Positions 10,341-19,802 of a stretch of DNA of 64,000 bases are shown here, one piece after another. The stretch's first letter is position 1; each line of letters starts with the position of its first letter. This DNA is from Bacillota bacterium (GTDB lineage: Bacteria; Bacillota; Dehalobacteriia; Dehalobacteriales; Dehalobacteriaceae), in assembly GCA_050952445.1 (NCBI GenBank), contig JBMNKX010000006.1, positions 90,333 to 154,332 on the forward strand, read 5' to 3'. A program made the position numbers and the translations under genes. The notes beneath the pieces are model-generated. The model searched no databases and had not been told where the DNA came from. It saw only the letters and a list, made by a program, of their open reading frames with translations.

Positions 10341-13300
10341 ATGGCAATTAATAAAAAACGATGGTTTCTTGATCCTATTGACTATGGACAGCAATTTGAA
10401 ATTGCTCAGAAATTAAATATTTCCCATCTGCTAGCCCAATTGTGTATGAAGCGAGGTTTCGAAACACCTGATATCATGAGAAATTTTCTATATATTTCCT
10501 CGAAAGATCTTCATGACCCTTATTGTTTTTCAGAGATGAAAAAAGCAGTTAGTATTATTGAAGCTGCCTTATGTGAGGAGGTAAAAATTCTTATATATGG
10601 AGATTATGATGTTGACGGGATTACAGGCACATCATTATTATATGATTATTTAAAAAACAGAAATGCTCAGGTGGATTTTTATATTCCTGATCGAAACCGG
10701 GAGGGCTATGGTTTAAATAATGAAGCAATATTTAAGGCCTTCAAGGAAAATTACCGTCTCATTATTACCATAGATTGTGGAATAAGTTCAGTCCAAGAAA
10801 CTGCCCGTGCAAAATCTTTGGGTTTTAAGGTGATTATAACCGATCACCACCAACCTCCGGAAGTACTTCCTCAAGCCGATGCCATAATCAATCCTCAAGT
10901 ATCATCTAGTGGTTACCCTTTTGCAGAATTAGCCGGGGTTGGGGTTGCTTGGAAGTTGGCTCAGGCATTGCATATTAGTATGAATTTTGTTCAAAAGGAA
11001 GAAATGATCCTGGGAGAGTATTTAGATTTGGTATGTTTGGGTACCGTGGCGGATGTTGTGCCCTTAGTTGGAGAAAATCGTATTCTAGTAAGTTTAGGAT
11101 TAAATTATCTTGTATCATGCGGAAGACCAGGGTTAAAAGCGTTACTTGAGGTTTGTGATTTAAAGGGTAAAAAAATTTCAACAAGTGAAGTAGGTTTTAT
11201 TCTTGCGCCAAGGTTAAATGCGGTGGGGCGCCTTTCCCATGCAAAAATTGGGGTAGAATTGTTAACTTGTTCAGATTATCATTTCTGTCTCTCGACAGCT
11301 CATAATTTGAATCAGGAAAATTCTCGCCGACGGGATATAGAGAATTTGATATTACAGCAAGCCCTGCAAATAATAGAAGAAAAGGTAAATCTTGAAGAAG
11401 ATCATATTCTGGTGCTTGCTTCCGAGGATTGGCATCCTGGAGTAATTGGGATTGTTGCCTCCAGGCTGGTGGAAAGATTTAACCGCCCCGTAGTTCTTTT
11501 ATCTATTGAAGGGGATGTTGCCAAAGGCAGTGCCAGAAGCATTGAAGGATTTGATATTTATTCATCTTTAGCACAGTGTCAAGAATTTCTTCTTCAATTT
11601 GGTGGTCATAAACAAGCAGCAGGGTTAAAGGTTTCCCCTGATAACATTTCTGGCTTACGTGCAAAATTAAATGAAATTGGCCGTATGATATTGACTAAAG
11701 AAATGCTTATCCCGGTAGAGGAAATTGATGCGGTAATTGAAGCAGAAGAGAATTTGCAAGAAATATTAAATGATGTGGAGTTAATGGCTCCTTTTGGTTT
11801 CGGAAATGAGCATCCTGTTTTTGCAATGTGGAATCTTAAGGTAATGAATGCCAGGGGTGTTGGGACTAATTCAAGACATTTAAAAATAACATTGGTTGGA
11901 AATGGATTGCAATTTGACGGTATTGGGTTTAATATGGCTGCTTATCTTAACTGGATAGTTCCCGGGATAAAAGTAGATGTAGCTTTTATTTTAGAACGTA
12001 ACCAATGGAATGGATTAGACAAGGTTCAGCTTGTTTTAAGAGATATACAACCACACCCGGTTTTTACCTTTTCCAGAGCTAGGCAAAATGGGGATGCCAA
12101 GATTAGGGAGTTTATAGCTACAAATTCTGATGATTTTATTATTTCTTCTTTGGAAAAAGGTACTAATGTGGCAGCATTTTTGCCCCTAAATCGTTTTAGA
12201 AAACTATTGTATTCTGCTGCTGCAAACCATTTGATTAATAGTCAGGGGCAAACAATTGTTTTATGCTCTTGTCCGTCTTATTTATGGAGTGAATATGTTT
12301 TAGCGGAAATAGAGCTTCATAAATTAGGAATTACCGTTGGAATAGGTTATAGCCTTATGCCTGGCGAAGAAAAGGGTTTAATTAGAAAGGCTTTTTGTTC
12401 CGGCAGGATCAATGTATTATTTGCCACTCCTGAATTTATCCAATCCTGGGAGCATTGGGAAAGAAGACAAGGGGAAATCTTATTTATCGTAGGGGTACTG
12501 GATCTGTTGGATACGGTTTGGGATAGTGATTGTTTTCTTAAACAATGTCGAAAAATCCTTAAGACGCCGGTTGCTTCTCCTTTGATGGTTTGTTCCATAA
12601 TCAGTGAGGAATCTGTTCAAAAAGCTCTCACAGATATTTTTAAGGAATATTTGATATTTAATATTAATGATCCGGTACAAATGAACATTAATGATGCCCG
12701 GGAAAGAAATAATCCATTGGATTATTTGCAGGGATTACTAAAAGCAGGGGAAAGTTGTTTAGTTTACACAACTTTTCGGCATCAGATGGATGATTTAACA
12801 AAAAGAATCAAAAAATCAGGTATAATACCACCGGAGAAAACTATTTCATGCTACGGATCTCAACAACCGTGGTACCATAGGATGATAACTGAAAAGGTGC
12901 GGGCGGGGCTTGTGCAATTAGTAACCACTACATGTTACTTTGGTTGTAATGAAGTAGATTACTTTGATCATTTAGTTTTTTTTTACCCGCCGAGAAATTT
13001 GTTTGATTTTTATCGATTTGCGGGTGGATTTGCCAGTGGGGAAAAGCCTAAAATTCATCTCCTATATAGTAAACAAGATTTAGATTTTAGCGAACAAATT
13101 TTAAAAACTAATTACCCAAATAGGGAAATGTTGGGTAAAATATATAGAGTAATACAAAATATGTTGTCGGAGGAAGGGAAAATAGAAGGGACTGGTTATG
13201 AGATTAACCGTAGAATGGTTTTAGCTGGAAAAAAACAGTGGAAAGAAGCAACTGTTGAAGTTGGACTCTCAATTATGATAGAATTGGGCCTAATAAAAAG

Positions 13301-13475
13301 ATATTTCCAAGGCAATAGGTTTTCACTGGCAATAGAAAAATACGACAAAAAATATAATTTGGTGGATTCATTTTGTTACCGGGAAGGTATGCGAGAAAAG
13401 AATGCGGCCTATTCATGGAAAAAAGTAGCAATGTCCTTAAATTTAACAGGTTATCTTACTGATATGTTAGGATAA
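10341..13475 (+). CDS. recJ: Single-stranded-DNA-specific exonuclease RecJ fused to a C-terminal degenerate RecQ-like helicase module
   Basis: DHH motifs (DYDVDGITG, ITIDCG, ITDHH) and the DHHA1 motif GGHKQAAG lie in the first ~570 aa. About 470 extra C-terminal aa align by eye to RecQ core motifs. Start moved to ATG 10341 (GGGAGG RBS). Confidence 0.85.
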   Translation: MAINKKRWFLDPIDYGQQFEIAQKLNISHLLAQLCMKRGFETPDIMRNFLYISSKDLHDPYCFSEMKKAVSIIEAALCEEVKILIYGDYDVDGITGTSLLYDYLKNRNAQVDFYIPDRNREGYGLNNEAIFKAFKENYRLIITIDCGISSVQETARAKSLGFKVIITDHHQPPEVLPQADAIINPQVSSSGYPFAELAGVGVAWKLAQALHISMNFVQKEEMILGEYLDLVCLGTVADVVPLVGENRILVSLGLNYLVSCGRPGLKALLEVCDLKGKKISTSEVGFILAPRLNAVGRLSHAKIGVELLTCSDYHFCLSTAHNLNQENSRRRDIENLILQQALQIIEEKVNLEEDHILVLASEDWHPGVIGIVASRLVERFNRPVVLLSIEGDVAKGSARSIEGFDIYSSLAQCQEFLLQFGGHKQAAGLKVSPDNISGLRAKLNEIGRMILTKEMLIPVEEIDAVIEAEENLQEILNDVELMAPFGFGNEHPVFAMWNLKVMNARGVGTNSRHLKITLVGNGLQFDGIGFNMAAYLNWIVPGIKVDVAFILERNQWNGLDKVQLVLRDIQPHPVFTFSRARQNGDAKIREFIATNSDDFIISSLEKGTNVAAFLPLNRFRKLLYSAAANHLINSQGQTIVLCSCPSYLWSEYVLAEIELHKLGITVGIGYSLMPGEEKGLIRKAFCSGRINVLFATPEFIQSWEHWERRQGEILFIVGVLDLLDTVWDSDCFLKQCRKILKTPVASPLMVCSIISEESVQKALTDIFKEYLIFNINDPVQMNINDARERNNPLDYLQGLLKAGESCLVYTTFRHQMDDLTKRIKKSGIIPPEKTISCYGSQQPWYHRMITEKVRAGLVQLVTTTCYFGCNEVDYFDHLVFFYPPRNLFDFYRFAGGFASGEKPKIHLLYSKQDLDFSEQILKTNYPNREMLGKIYRVIQNMLSEEGKIEGTGYEINRRMVLAGKKQWKEATVEVGLSIMIELGLIKRYFQGNRFSLAIEKYDKKYNLVDSFCYREGMREKNAAYSWKKVAMSLNLTGYLTDMLG

Positions 13476-13505
13476 TGTTAACGTTATATAATAAGGGGTA
13501 AGGGC

Positions 13506-15665
13506 ATGGATATTAATTTACTCAAAAAACAAATTATTAAATATAATCCGGCCAGTAACATTGATGTGATTCAAAAGGCCTATGATTTTGCTGCAGAAGC
13601 CCATCAAGGCCAGGTCAGATTTTCAGGGGAAGCATACATTAACCATCCGTTAGCAGTAGCAGAAATTCTTGCAATGCTTCAATTAGATGATACTACTATT
13701 GTTGCCGGTTTGCTTCATGATGTAGTAGAGGATACTTGCGTCACGGAAGAGGATATTGTTGAGCATTTCGGAAATGAAGTTGCTTTATTGGTAGATGGTG
13801 TTACTAAATTAAGCAGACTGGAATATAAGTCAAAAGAAGAACAGCAGGTAGAAAACTTGCGTAAAATGTTCTTAGCGATGGCAAAGGATATCAGGGTTAT
13901 TCTCATAAAACTGGCTGACAGGCTGCATAATATGAAAACACTACGTTATCACCAGTCCATTACTAAGCAAAAAGAAATTGCTGAGGAAACTCTGGAAATC
14001 TTTGCCCCTTTAGCCCACCGTTTGGGAATTTTCAAGATTAAGTGGGAATTGGAGGATTTATCATTAAGGTATCTGGAACCTGAAAAATATTATAGTCTTG
14101 TAAAACAGATAGCTATGAAGCGACAGGGTAGAGAAGAGAGTGTTAATGAAATTTGTAAGGTGCTGGCGGAAAGATTAGCTCAGGTAGGTATTAAGGCTGA
14201 AGTACAAGGCCGGCCAAAAAATTTTTATAGTATTTACAGAAAAATGATCAAACAGCAAAAAGATTTAAGTGAAATTTATGACCTCATGGCTGTCAGGGTA
14301 ATTGTTAATAACATTAAGGATTGTTATGGAGCTCTAGGTATAATTCATACAATGTGGAAGCCGATTCCCGGACGGTTTAAAGATTATATTGCTATGCCTA
14401 AGCAAAACATGTACCAATCTATTCATACGACGGTTATTGGTTCAAATGGTGAACCTTTTGAGATTCAAATTAGAACTTGGGAAATGCACCAAACTGCTGA
14501 ATATGGAATTGCCGCCCATTGGCGCTATAAAGAAGGTAAGACAGGAGATAAAGATTTTGAAAAAAAGCTAACATGGTTAAGACGGATGTTAGAATGGCAG
14601 CAGGAACTACGGGATGCCCGGGAATTTATGGAGTCAATCAAAATTGATTTATTTACTGACTCTGTTTATGTTTTTACGCCCAAAGGAGATGTGGTTGAGC
14701 TTCCGGCCGGATCAATACCTATTGATTTTGCATACCGTGTCCACACTCAAGTGGGACATTGGTGTATTGGGGCAAAGATAAATGGAAAAATTGTTCCCCT
14801 GGATTATAAATTAATGAATGGTGATATTGTCGAAATCCTTACTCTTAAGGGAAGTGGTCCAAGTAGAGATTGGTTAAAGATTGTCAAAACCTCACAAGCC
14901 AAAAGCAGGATTAGGCAATGGTTTAAAAAGGAAAAAAGGGAAGAAAACTTGTTGCGCGGCCGGGAGCTTATAGAAAAAGAAATAAAAAAGTATGGATATG
15001 AAGTTTCATCTTTATTAAAGCCGGAAAAAATTGCGGAGGCAGCTAAGCGTTTTAATTACCTAACCGGAGACGATTTATTAGTTGCAGTAGGGGACGGAAT
15101 TATTTCTCCTGTACAAGTACTGGGCAAAATAAAAGAAGATTTTAAGAAAGAAAGAGAGAATACTAATACCCAACCGGAGGTTAAACCCTGGAATGATTCT
15201 GTAAAAAACTCTCAAGGAATTGTGGTGAAGGGTGTTGATAATGTAATGCTCAGATTGGCCCGGTGTTGCAATCCCCTACCGGGTGATCCTATAATTGGTT
15301 ATGTAACCAGGGGACGGGGAGTATCAATTCACCGGGCAGACTGTCCAAATTATCTTCAAAACCATAAAGAGGATAAGGACCGGTTGATAGATGTAATGTG
15401 GGATGGGGGGACGAAAGGGTTTTACCAAGTAGAAATAGAAGTAACGTCGTTGGACCGGCCGCGCTTAGCCATGGATATAATGACCGCAATAGCAGATACA
15501 AAGACAATTATTAATTCTGTTCATGCAAGGGCAACGAAGAATAAGCATGCCGCCGTAAATCTTAAGATAGAAATTAAGAGCCTTGATCATCTTGATTATA
15601 TTATGAATAAAGTTAGGCGAGTGAAGGATGTTATTGAAGTGAGAAGGGTTACACCGGGTTGTTAG
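13506..15665 (+). CDS. relA: Bifunctional (p)ppGpp synthetase/hydrolase RelA/SpoT
   Basis: HD hydrolase domain (HPLAVAEIL..LLHDVVEDT), synthetase domain (RPKNFYSIYRKM), and TGS and ACT C-terminal domains. Confidence 0.95.
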   Translation: MDINLLKKQIIKYNPASNIDVIQKAYDFAAEAHQGQVRFSGEAYINHPLAVAEILAMLQLDDTTIVAGLLHDVVEDTCVTEEDIVEHFGNEVALLVDGVTKLSRLEYKSKEEQQVENLRKMFLAMAKDIRVILIKLADRLHNMKTLRYHQSITKQKEIAEETLEIFAPLAHRLGIFKIKWELEDLSLRYLEPEKYYSLVKQIAMKRQGREESVNEICKVLAERLAQVGIKAEVQGRPKNFYSIYRKMIKQQKDLSEIYDLMAVRVIVNNIKDCYGALGIIHTMWKPIPGRFKDYIAMPKQNMYQSIHTTVIGSNGEPFEIQIRTWEMHQTAEYGIAAHWRYKEGKTGDKDFEKKLTWLRRMLEWQQELRDAREFMESIKIDLFTDSVYVFTPKGDVVELPAGSIPIDFAYRVHTQVGHWCIGAKINGKIVPLDYKLMNGDIVEILTLKGSGPSRDWLKIVKTSQAKSRIRQWFKKEKREENLLRGRELIEKEIKKYGYEVSSLLKPEKIAEAAKRFNYLTGDDLLVAVGDGIISPVQVLGKIKEDFKKERENTNTQPEVKPWNDSVKNSQGIVVKGVDNVMLRLARCCNPLPGDPIIGYVTRGRGVSIHRADCPNYLQNHKEDKDRLIDVMWDGGTKGFYQVEIEVTSLDRPRLAMDIMTAIADTKTIINSVHARATKNKHAAVNLKIEIKSLDHLDYIMNKVRRVKDVIEVRRVTPGC

Positions 15666-15704
15666 GTATATAAAATTTATCACATTATAGTGAGGTTAAT
15701 TTAA

Positions 15705-16154
15705 ATGAGGGCTGTTGTTCAGAAAGTTTTGAAGGGTTCTGTATCTGTGAGTGGGAACGTTGTCGGCAATATTGAAGAAGGACTAGTTGTGTTCCTTGGA
15801 GTTAGCAAAGAAGATACTCTAAGTGATGCTTGTTACCTGGCGGAAAAAATAGCTAATTTAAGAATTTTTACCGATGATGAAGAAAAAATGAACCTGTCGG
15901 TATTGGATACAAATGGGGAGATTTTAGTAATATCGCAATTCACTTTATTCGGTGATTGTAGAAAAGGACGTCGGCCCAGCTTTACCGAAGCGGCTTATCC
16001 TGATGTTGCCCGGAAATTATATGATGATTTTGTATCTTGTTTATTAGAAAAGGGTCTTACTGTAAAAACAGGAGTATTTCAAAGTCATATGGTGATCGGT
16101 ATTGAAAACGACGGTCCGGTTACCATGTTGCTAGATAGTAAAAAAGTTTTTTAG
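15705..16154 (+). CDS. dtd: D-aminoacyl-tRNA deacylase
   Basis: [29 protein letters not shown] are Dtd family motifs. Conserved position after relA. Confidence 0.93.
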   Translation: MRAVVQKVLKGSVSVSGNVVGNIEEGLVVFLGVSKEDTLSDACYLAEKIANLRIFTDDEEKMNLSVLDTNGEILVISQFTLFGDCRKGRRPSFTEAAYPDVARKLYDDFVSCLLEKGLTVKTGVFQSHMVIGIENDGPVTMLLDSKKVF

Positions 16155-16187
16155 GAGTTGGCAAATAAAAATAAAGGGTGTGATATT

Positions 16188-16808
16188 GTGATTATTAAAA
16201 CACTACAAGTAGGAATGATTGGAACAAATTGTTATATTGTAGCATGTTCTAATACAAAGGAAGCCGCAGTTATTGATCCTGGTGATGAGGCGCAGAGAAT
16301 CATGAAAACGGTAAAGGAGAATGGGTTAAGCGTTTCTGTTATTATTAACACTCATGGTCATTGGGACCATGTCGGAGGGAATAATGAATTGTTCCAATTA
16401 ACGGGAGTGCCCGTATTAATCCATGAAAAGGATGCCTCCTTTTTGGCCGAAGAAAAACTAAATTTAGGTACCTTCATAGGGAAAAAGAGTTCCAGTCATA
16501 TGGCTGATCAGTTATTAAAAGAAGGAGATCAAGTTAAGGTGGGTAATTTGTCTTTCTCAATATTACATACGCCCGGACATACCCCAGGCGGTATTTCTAT
16601 AGTAGGAAAAAATGTGGTTTTTGTAGGGGATACTTTATTTGCGGGTTCTATCGGACGTACAGATCTTCCAGGCGGAGGCTTTGATATTTTGATAAGATCA
16701 ATTAAGGATAAATTATTTTCTTTAGATGATTCTTATATTGTGTATCCCGGTCACGGTCCTAGTACTACTATTGGTTGGGAAAGGAAAAACAACCCGTTTC
16801 TGATTTAA
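16188..16808 (+). CDS. MBL-fold metallo-hydrolase
   Basis: HGHWDH metal motif. The GTG 16188 start is preferred (AAAGGGTG RBS 8 nt upstream). The ORF-track TTG 16158 start abuts its RBS. Confidence 0.85.
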   Translation: MIIKTLQVGMIGTNCYIVACSNTKEAAVIDPGDEAQRIMKTVKENGLSVSVIINTHGHWDHVGGNNELFQLTGVPVLIHEKDASFLAEEKLNLGTFIGKKSSSHMADQLLKEGDQVKVGNLSFSILHTPGHTPGGISIVGKNVVFVGDTLFAGSIGRTDLPGGGFDILIRSIKDKLFSLDDSYIVYPGHGPSTTIGWERKNNPFLI

Positions 16809-16872
16809 TAAAGTACAGGAGCCTATGAGAATAACAAATACTTGATATCATTTAACTTAATGGGGTTTTTTT

Positions 16873-18327
16873 ATGTTTATTAATATAAGCTGTAATCACC
16901 TGCAGTTTTTACCTTCCTTAAAAGATGTAATTCGCATTTTTTTTTCGGATGCCCAATTCTCGGATATTCAAGAAAATATAAAGATAAAGTTAATTGCCCA
17001 AATAAGAGAGACTGTTCAGATATTTGTTTCCATTGGACCTGAAAAGCAACAGGATTATTTTTTTGAAGAGCAACTATATGATGATGAAGAACCCCATAAT
17101 CAACTTCGCCGAGCGAGCAGGTTAGCATTATATAACTTAATAAAAAGCTGGACAGGTGATGTCGGATCTCCCTGGGGGATATTAACAGGGATACGGCCTA
17201 CGAAAATTGTTCATAGGTGGTTAGATCATAATCTAGAAAAAAAAGAAATAAAAGAGAGGTTAATATTACGTTATGCTTTAGATGAGGGAAAAGCTAAGTT
17301 ACTATTGGATGTAGCCTGTATTCAAAGACCCTTTTTATCTAAAGAGGAAACAAATAAACATATTGGTATTTATATAGCCATACCTTTTTGTCCAACCCGG
17401 TGTCTTTATTGTTCTTTTTCCGCGGAACCCTTGAAAAAAAGCGGATTTTTGGTTAAACCTTATCTCAGCTCCTTGATGGTAGAGATAGAAAATATCGGAA
17501 AAGTCATTCAAAAATTAGGGTTGACGGTAACGACTTTGTATTTAGGCGGAGGAACACCTACCTGTATAGATAATCAAGAATTTGAAAGTCTTTTAGGTTC
17601 AATAAACAATTATTTTGATGTGAAAAATCTAAAAGAATATACGGTGGAAGCTGGGCGTCCCGATACCTTGAGCAAAGAAAAACTCTTGATTATGCATAAA
17701 CAAGGAGTTAGCCGGATAAGTATTAATCCACAAACAATGCATCAAAAAACACTAGAGTTAATTGGCCGGCGGCATACTGTTCGGGAGGTTAGCGAATCAT
17801 TTTACCAAGCAGTAGATCTTGGATTTAATATTAACATGGACTTAATCATAGGTTTACCCGGAGAAAACACTGAGGAAGTTGATTTTTCATTTAGCCGGGT
17901 GGCAGAATTATTTCCTGATAATCTTACCGTTCATACGCTGGCGATAAAAAAGAAATCACAGCTTCATAGAGAAATGGAGCATTACTCACTTGCAAGAAAT
18001 AAAGAAGTATTGGAAATGATGGAAATTGCCCGTGATTGGGCTCATAAAATGGATATGTATCCCTACTATTTATACCGTCAAAAGAATATTTTAGGTGGAT
18101 TGGAGAACATTGGTTATTGCCGTCCGGGAAAAGAGTGTTTATATAATATAATGATTATGGAAGAAAAACAAACGGTAGTAGGTTTGGGAGCAGGGGCGGG
18201 GTCTAAATTTGTGGAAAACAACCCCTACTTCTTATCTGCTTTTTATAATCCCAAAGATATTGATTGTTACCGGAAACGGCTGGCTGAAGTAATAAAGAAG
18301 AAAATTGACAAATTGAAAGCTATTTAA
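16873..18327 (+). CDS. hemZ: Radical SAM coproporphyrinogen dehydrogenase HemZ-like protein
   Basis: CPTRCLYCSF radical-SAM motif with a long N-terminal extension, as in B. subtilis HemZ. About 484 aa. Confidence 0.75.
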   Translation: MFINISCNHLQFLPSLKDVIRIFFSDAQFSDIQENIKIKLIAQIRETVQIFVSIGPEKQQDYFFEEQLYDDEEPHNQLRRASRLALYNLIKSWTGDVGSPWGILTGIRPTKIVHRWLDHNLEKKEIKERLILRYALDEGKAKLLLDVACIQRPFLSKEETNKHIGIYIAIPFCPTRCLYCSFSAEPLKKSGFLVKPYLSSLMVEIENIGKVIQKLGLTVTTLYLGGGTPTCIDNQEFESLLGSINNYFDVKNLKEYTVEAGRPDTLSKEKLLIMHKQGVSRISINPQTMHQKTLELIGRRHTVREVSESFYQAVDLGFNINMDLIIGLPGENTEEVDFSFSRVAELFPDNLTVHTLAIKKKSQLHREMEHYSLARNKEVLEMMEIARDWAHKMDMYPYYLYRQKNILGGLENIGYCRPGKECLYNIMIMEEKQTVVGLGAGAGSKFVENNPYFLSAFYNPKDIDCYRKRLAEVIKKKIDKLKAI

Positions 18328-18367
18328 TAAAATATAAAACAAATAATTGTTGTAATTTGGATTGCTT

Positions 18368-18413
18368 ACTCTCGTCCCTGATGATTGCAGGTCGTCAGTA
18401 CGGGAGTTTTTTC
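18368..18413 (+). terminator. Intrinsic terminator after hemZ
   Basis: Long imperfect stem ACTCTCGTCCCTGATG.../...CGTCAGTACGGGAGT followed by a T6 tract. Confidence 0.65.
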
Positions 18414-18515
18414 ATGGTTGGTTTATTAATTAACTGTTAAATAGTATATGTTATATTATCATTAGGTGTTTATTGAAATAATTTAGTTATACTCTAGGGC
18501 AAGGAGGTTGTCTAT

Positions 18516-19775
18516 GTGTTAATAACGAAACCTCGGGGAACAAATGATTTTTTACCTGGGGATACAGAAAGGTGGCATTATCTAGAAGATTTACTCAGGA
18601 AGATTTGTAAAGAGTATGGCTACCATGAAATTCGCACCCCCATTTTTGAACATACGGAGTTGTTTCAAAGAGGAGTAGGAGAGACTACAGATATTGTAGA
18701 AAAAGAAATGTACACATTTTTGGATCGGGGAGAGCGTAGTATCACACTACGACCGGAAGGAACGGCATCTACCGTTAGAGCTTATCTGGAGCATAAACTA
18801 TTTGCCAACCCTCAGCCTGTTAAATTATATTATCTAGGTCCTATGTTCAGATATGAAAAACCTCAGGCGGGAAGATACCGTCAATTTCACCAGTTTGGAA
18901 TCGAAGTTTTTGGATCCGCAGATCCGGCTGTTGATGCAGAAGTAATTAGTCTTGCTTTAGAAATTTACTGCCGTTTAGGATTAAAAGGCTTAGAGGTTCA
19001 TTTAAATAGTGTAGGTTGCCCAAATTGCCGTCCGCAACATCGAGAAAGGCTTCATGAATTTTTAAAAAAAGAATTGTCCGGTTTATGTAAAGATTGTCAG
19101 GGTAGGTATCAAAAGAATCCCTTGCGTATTTTAGATTGTAAGAATCCCCATTGCCAAGAAATATCATCCGGTGCTCCCACCATTATGCAATGTTTGTGTT
19201 CTGAATGCCGGGAGCATTTTCATAGTGTTCAAGAATATTTGGACTTAATTGGCATTAAGTATGTGATAGATGAACGTTTGGTCCGGGGACTTGATTACTA
19301 TACTAAAACTGCATTTGAAATTATTGTCCAGGAAATTGGGGCTCAAAGTGCTATCTGTGGTGGAGGAAGGTATGACGGCCTTGTGGAATCTTTAGGTGGG
19401 CAACCGACTCCAGGGGTTGGATTTGCTTTAGGCATGGAGAGAATTTTTCCGACATTAAAAACCCAGGGCATAGATATTCCGGTTAAGAATGCAATGGATG
19501 TTTTTATTGTAACCTTGGGAAGTGAGGCAGGCAAAAAGGGTTTTCAATTATTAACCGGTTTAAGGAGAGAAGGAATCAAGGCAGAAAAAGATTATTTGAA
19601 CCGGAGTTTAAAATCTCAAATGAAATACGCTGATAAATTTCATGTTAAATATTCTATTATTTTAGGGGAAAATGAATTAAATAAAGGAGTAGTTCTGCTC
19701 CGAAATATGGTAACCTCAAAACAAGAGGAGATTCCTCTGGAAAATATTATTGATTTTCTGAAGAATATTCTGTAA
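18516..19775 (+). CDS. hisS: Histidine--tRNA ligase
   Basis: Class II aaRS motifs (RYEKPQAGRYRQFHQFG, GGGRYDGL). GTG start. Confidence 0.95.
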   Translation: MLITKPRGTNDFLPGDTERWHYLEDLLRKICKEYGYHEIRTPIFEHTELFQRGVGETTDIVEKEMYTFLDRGERSITLRPEGTASTVRAYLEHKLFANPQPVKLYYLGPMFRYEKPQAGRYRQFHQFGIEVFGSADPAVDAEVISLALEIYCRLGLKGLEVHLNSVGCPNCRPQHRERLHEFLKKELSGLCKDCQGRYQKNPLRILDCKNPHCQEISSGAPTIMQCLCSECREHFHSVQEYLDLIGIKYVIDERLVRGLDYYTKTAFEIIVQEIGAQSAICGGGRYDGLVESLGGQPTPGVGFALGMERIFPTLKTQGIDIPVKNAMDVFIVTLGSEAGKKGFQLLTGLRREGIKAEKDYLNRSLKSQMKYADKFHVKYSIILGENELNKGVVLLRNMVTSKQEEIPLENIIDFLKNIL

Positions 19776-19802
19776 TATAGGGGAAAATTGGGAGGTAACA
19801 TT

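Noticed and set aside
18328-18515. Possible T-box leaders upstream of hisS-aspS (also checked 27773-27977 upstream of alaS)
   Set aside because: There is no T-box sequence (AGGGUGGUACCGCG-like) or specifier-loop architecture. The only structure at 18368-18413 is the hemZ terminator.
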